Positions 54,920 to 55,445 of a DNA stretch of 55,445 nt are shown in pieces; position 1 is the stretch's first letter; each line of letters begins with the position of its first letter. Source of the DNA: a virus (Duplodnaviria; Caudoviricetes); IMG/VR virus record IMGVR_UViG_3300047407_000019, positions 1 through 55,445 of that record; one strand, written 5' to 3'. The notes under the pieces are model-generated. The model was not told the DNA's origin. It searched no databases and saw nothing but the letters and a program-made list of their open reading frames with translations. The translations under genes were made by a program, and so were the position numbers.

Positions 54920-55445
54920 ATGAGTGCATCCTCTGCTCCGTTTGGCTTGCGTCCTGCGTTCCATCCCTCTGGTCTGGATCGCGCACAGGCGCTTGCTGGC
55001 GGCATCACATCGGGTTACGCAACCCAAATCCTCAAAGGTCAACCTGTTGCCTATTCGGCATCGGCTGGCGTCATTGTCCCCGTCACTGCAAACAGCACCA
55101 ATGCCGCATGGTCTGGCGCTTTTGCTGGTGTTCAGTGGACTGACACCACTGGTCGTGCTCGAGTGAGCAACTACTGGCCTGCCAACACTGCGTACACCGC
55201 AGGAACCTGTGTGGCTTATTTCTACAACGATGCCAACATCGTTTATGAAATTCAAGCTGACGGTTCTATGGCTCAAACCACCATCGGCAACGAGTATCTG
55301 TTCACCAATGTGACCAATGGTTCTTCGACCACTGGTTTGTCGCAAGCCACCTTGGGTGCTTCGACTGCCGTGGGCAATGGTGCTCAAGGTCAGATGCGTG
55401 TCGTGGACTTGGCTCCGTATGTCGACAACGCTTGGGGCGATTCGT
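54920..55445 (+). CDS. Minor capsid/decoration protein, 3' truncated (absent from ORF track)
   Basis: AAGGAG RBS; MSASSAPFGLRPAFHPSGLDRA...; open to the window end. Confidence 0.75.
   Translation, partial: MSASSAPFGLRPAFHPSGLDRAQALAGGITSGYATQILKGQPVAYSASAGVIVPVTANSTNAAWSGAFAGVQWTDTTGRARVSNYWPANTAYTAGTCVAYFYNDANIVYEIQADGSMAQTTIGNEYLFTNVTNGSSTTGLSQATLGASTAVGNGAQGQMRVVDLAPYVDNAWGDS

Noticed and set aside
54924-55166. 80-aa ORF from the ORF track
   Set aside because: Wrong frame; the real gene starts at ATG 54920 with an RBS and runs off the window end.
1-55445. Alternative genetic code or stop-codon readthrough
   Set aside because: Genes are intact and tightly packed under the standard code, using all three stops; the tRNA is not a suppressor.

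Overview
The window is a nearly complete, circularly permuted genome of a dsDNA tailed phage (Caudoviricetes) with a podovirus-like gene set. It starts inside the major capsid gene and ends in the gene that normally precedes it. Gene order: capsid and head accessory genes (1-5.2 kb); Thr/Gly/Ser-rich tail fibres (5.2-11.9 kb); a complex lysis cassette with an embedded Rz/Rz1 pair and a GH19 endolysin (12-14.7 kb); tail and ejection proteins (14.8-27.4 kb); a short leftward recombination operon (27.5-29.2 kb); Cro-like, ParB-like, helicase, primase and tRNA-Thr (29.4-33 kb); many small early/middle ORFs including RuvC, a DNA methyltransferase and an HNH-like nuclease (33.6-42.7 kb); GIY-YIG nuclease, terminase, a 1489-aa multi-module protein, portal, GroES and scaffold (42.8-55.4 kb). 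I recognised no integrase, DNA polymerase or ParA. The spanins indicate a Gram-negative host. The standout feature is a 16-bp palindrome, GTGGAAGCGCTTCCAC, with 8 exact and 3 single-mismatch copies found by eye. They are spread genome-wide in three reading frames and in intergenic DNA, and two lie inside the phage's own ParB-like gene, suggesting a ParA-less phage ParB/parS-like system. A second candidate system is an 'xxGG' peptide motif that punctuates many head-associated proteins. All calls come from motif recognition by eye; no database searches were run.
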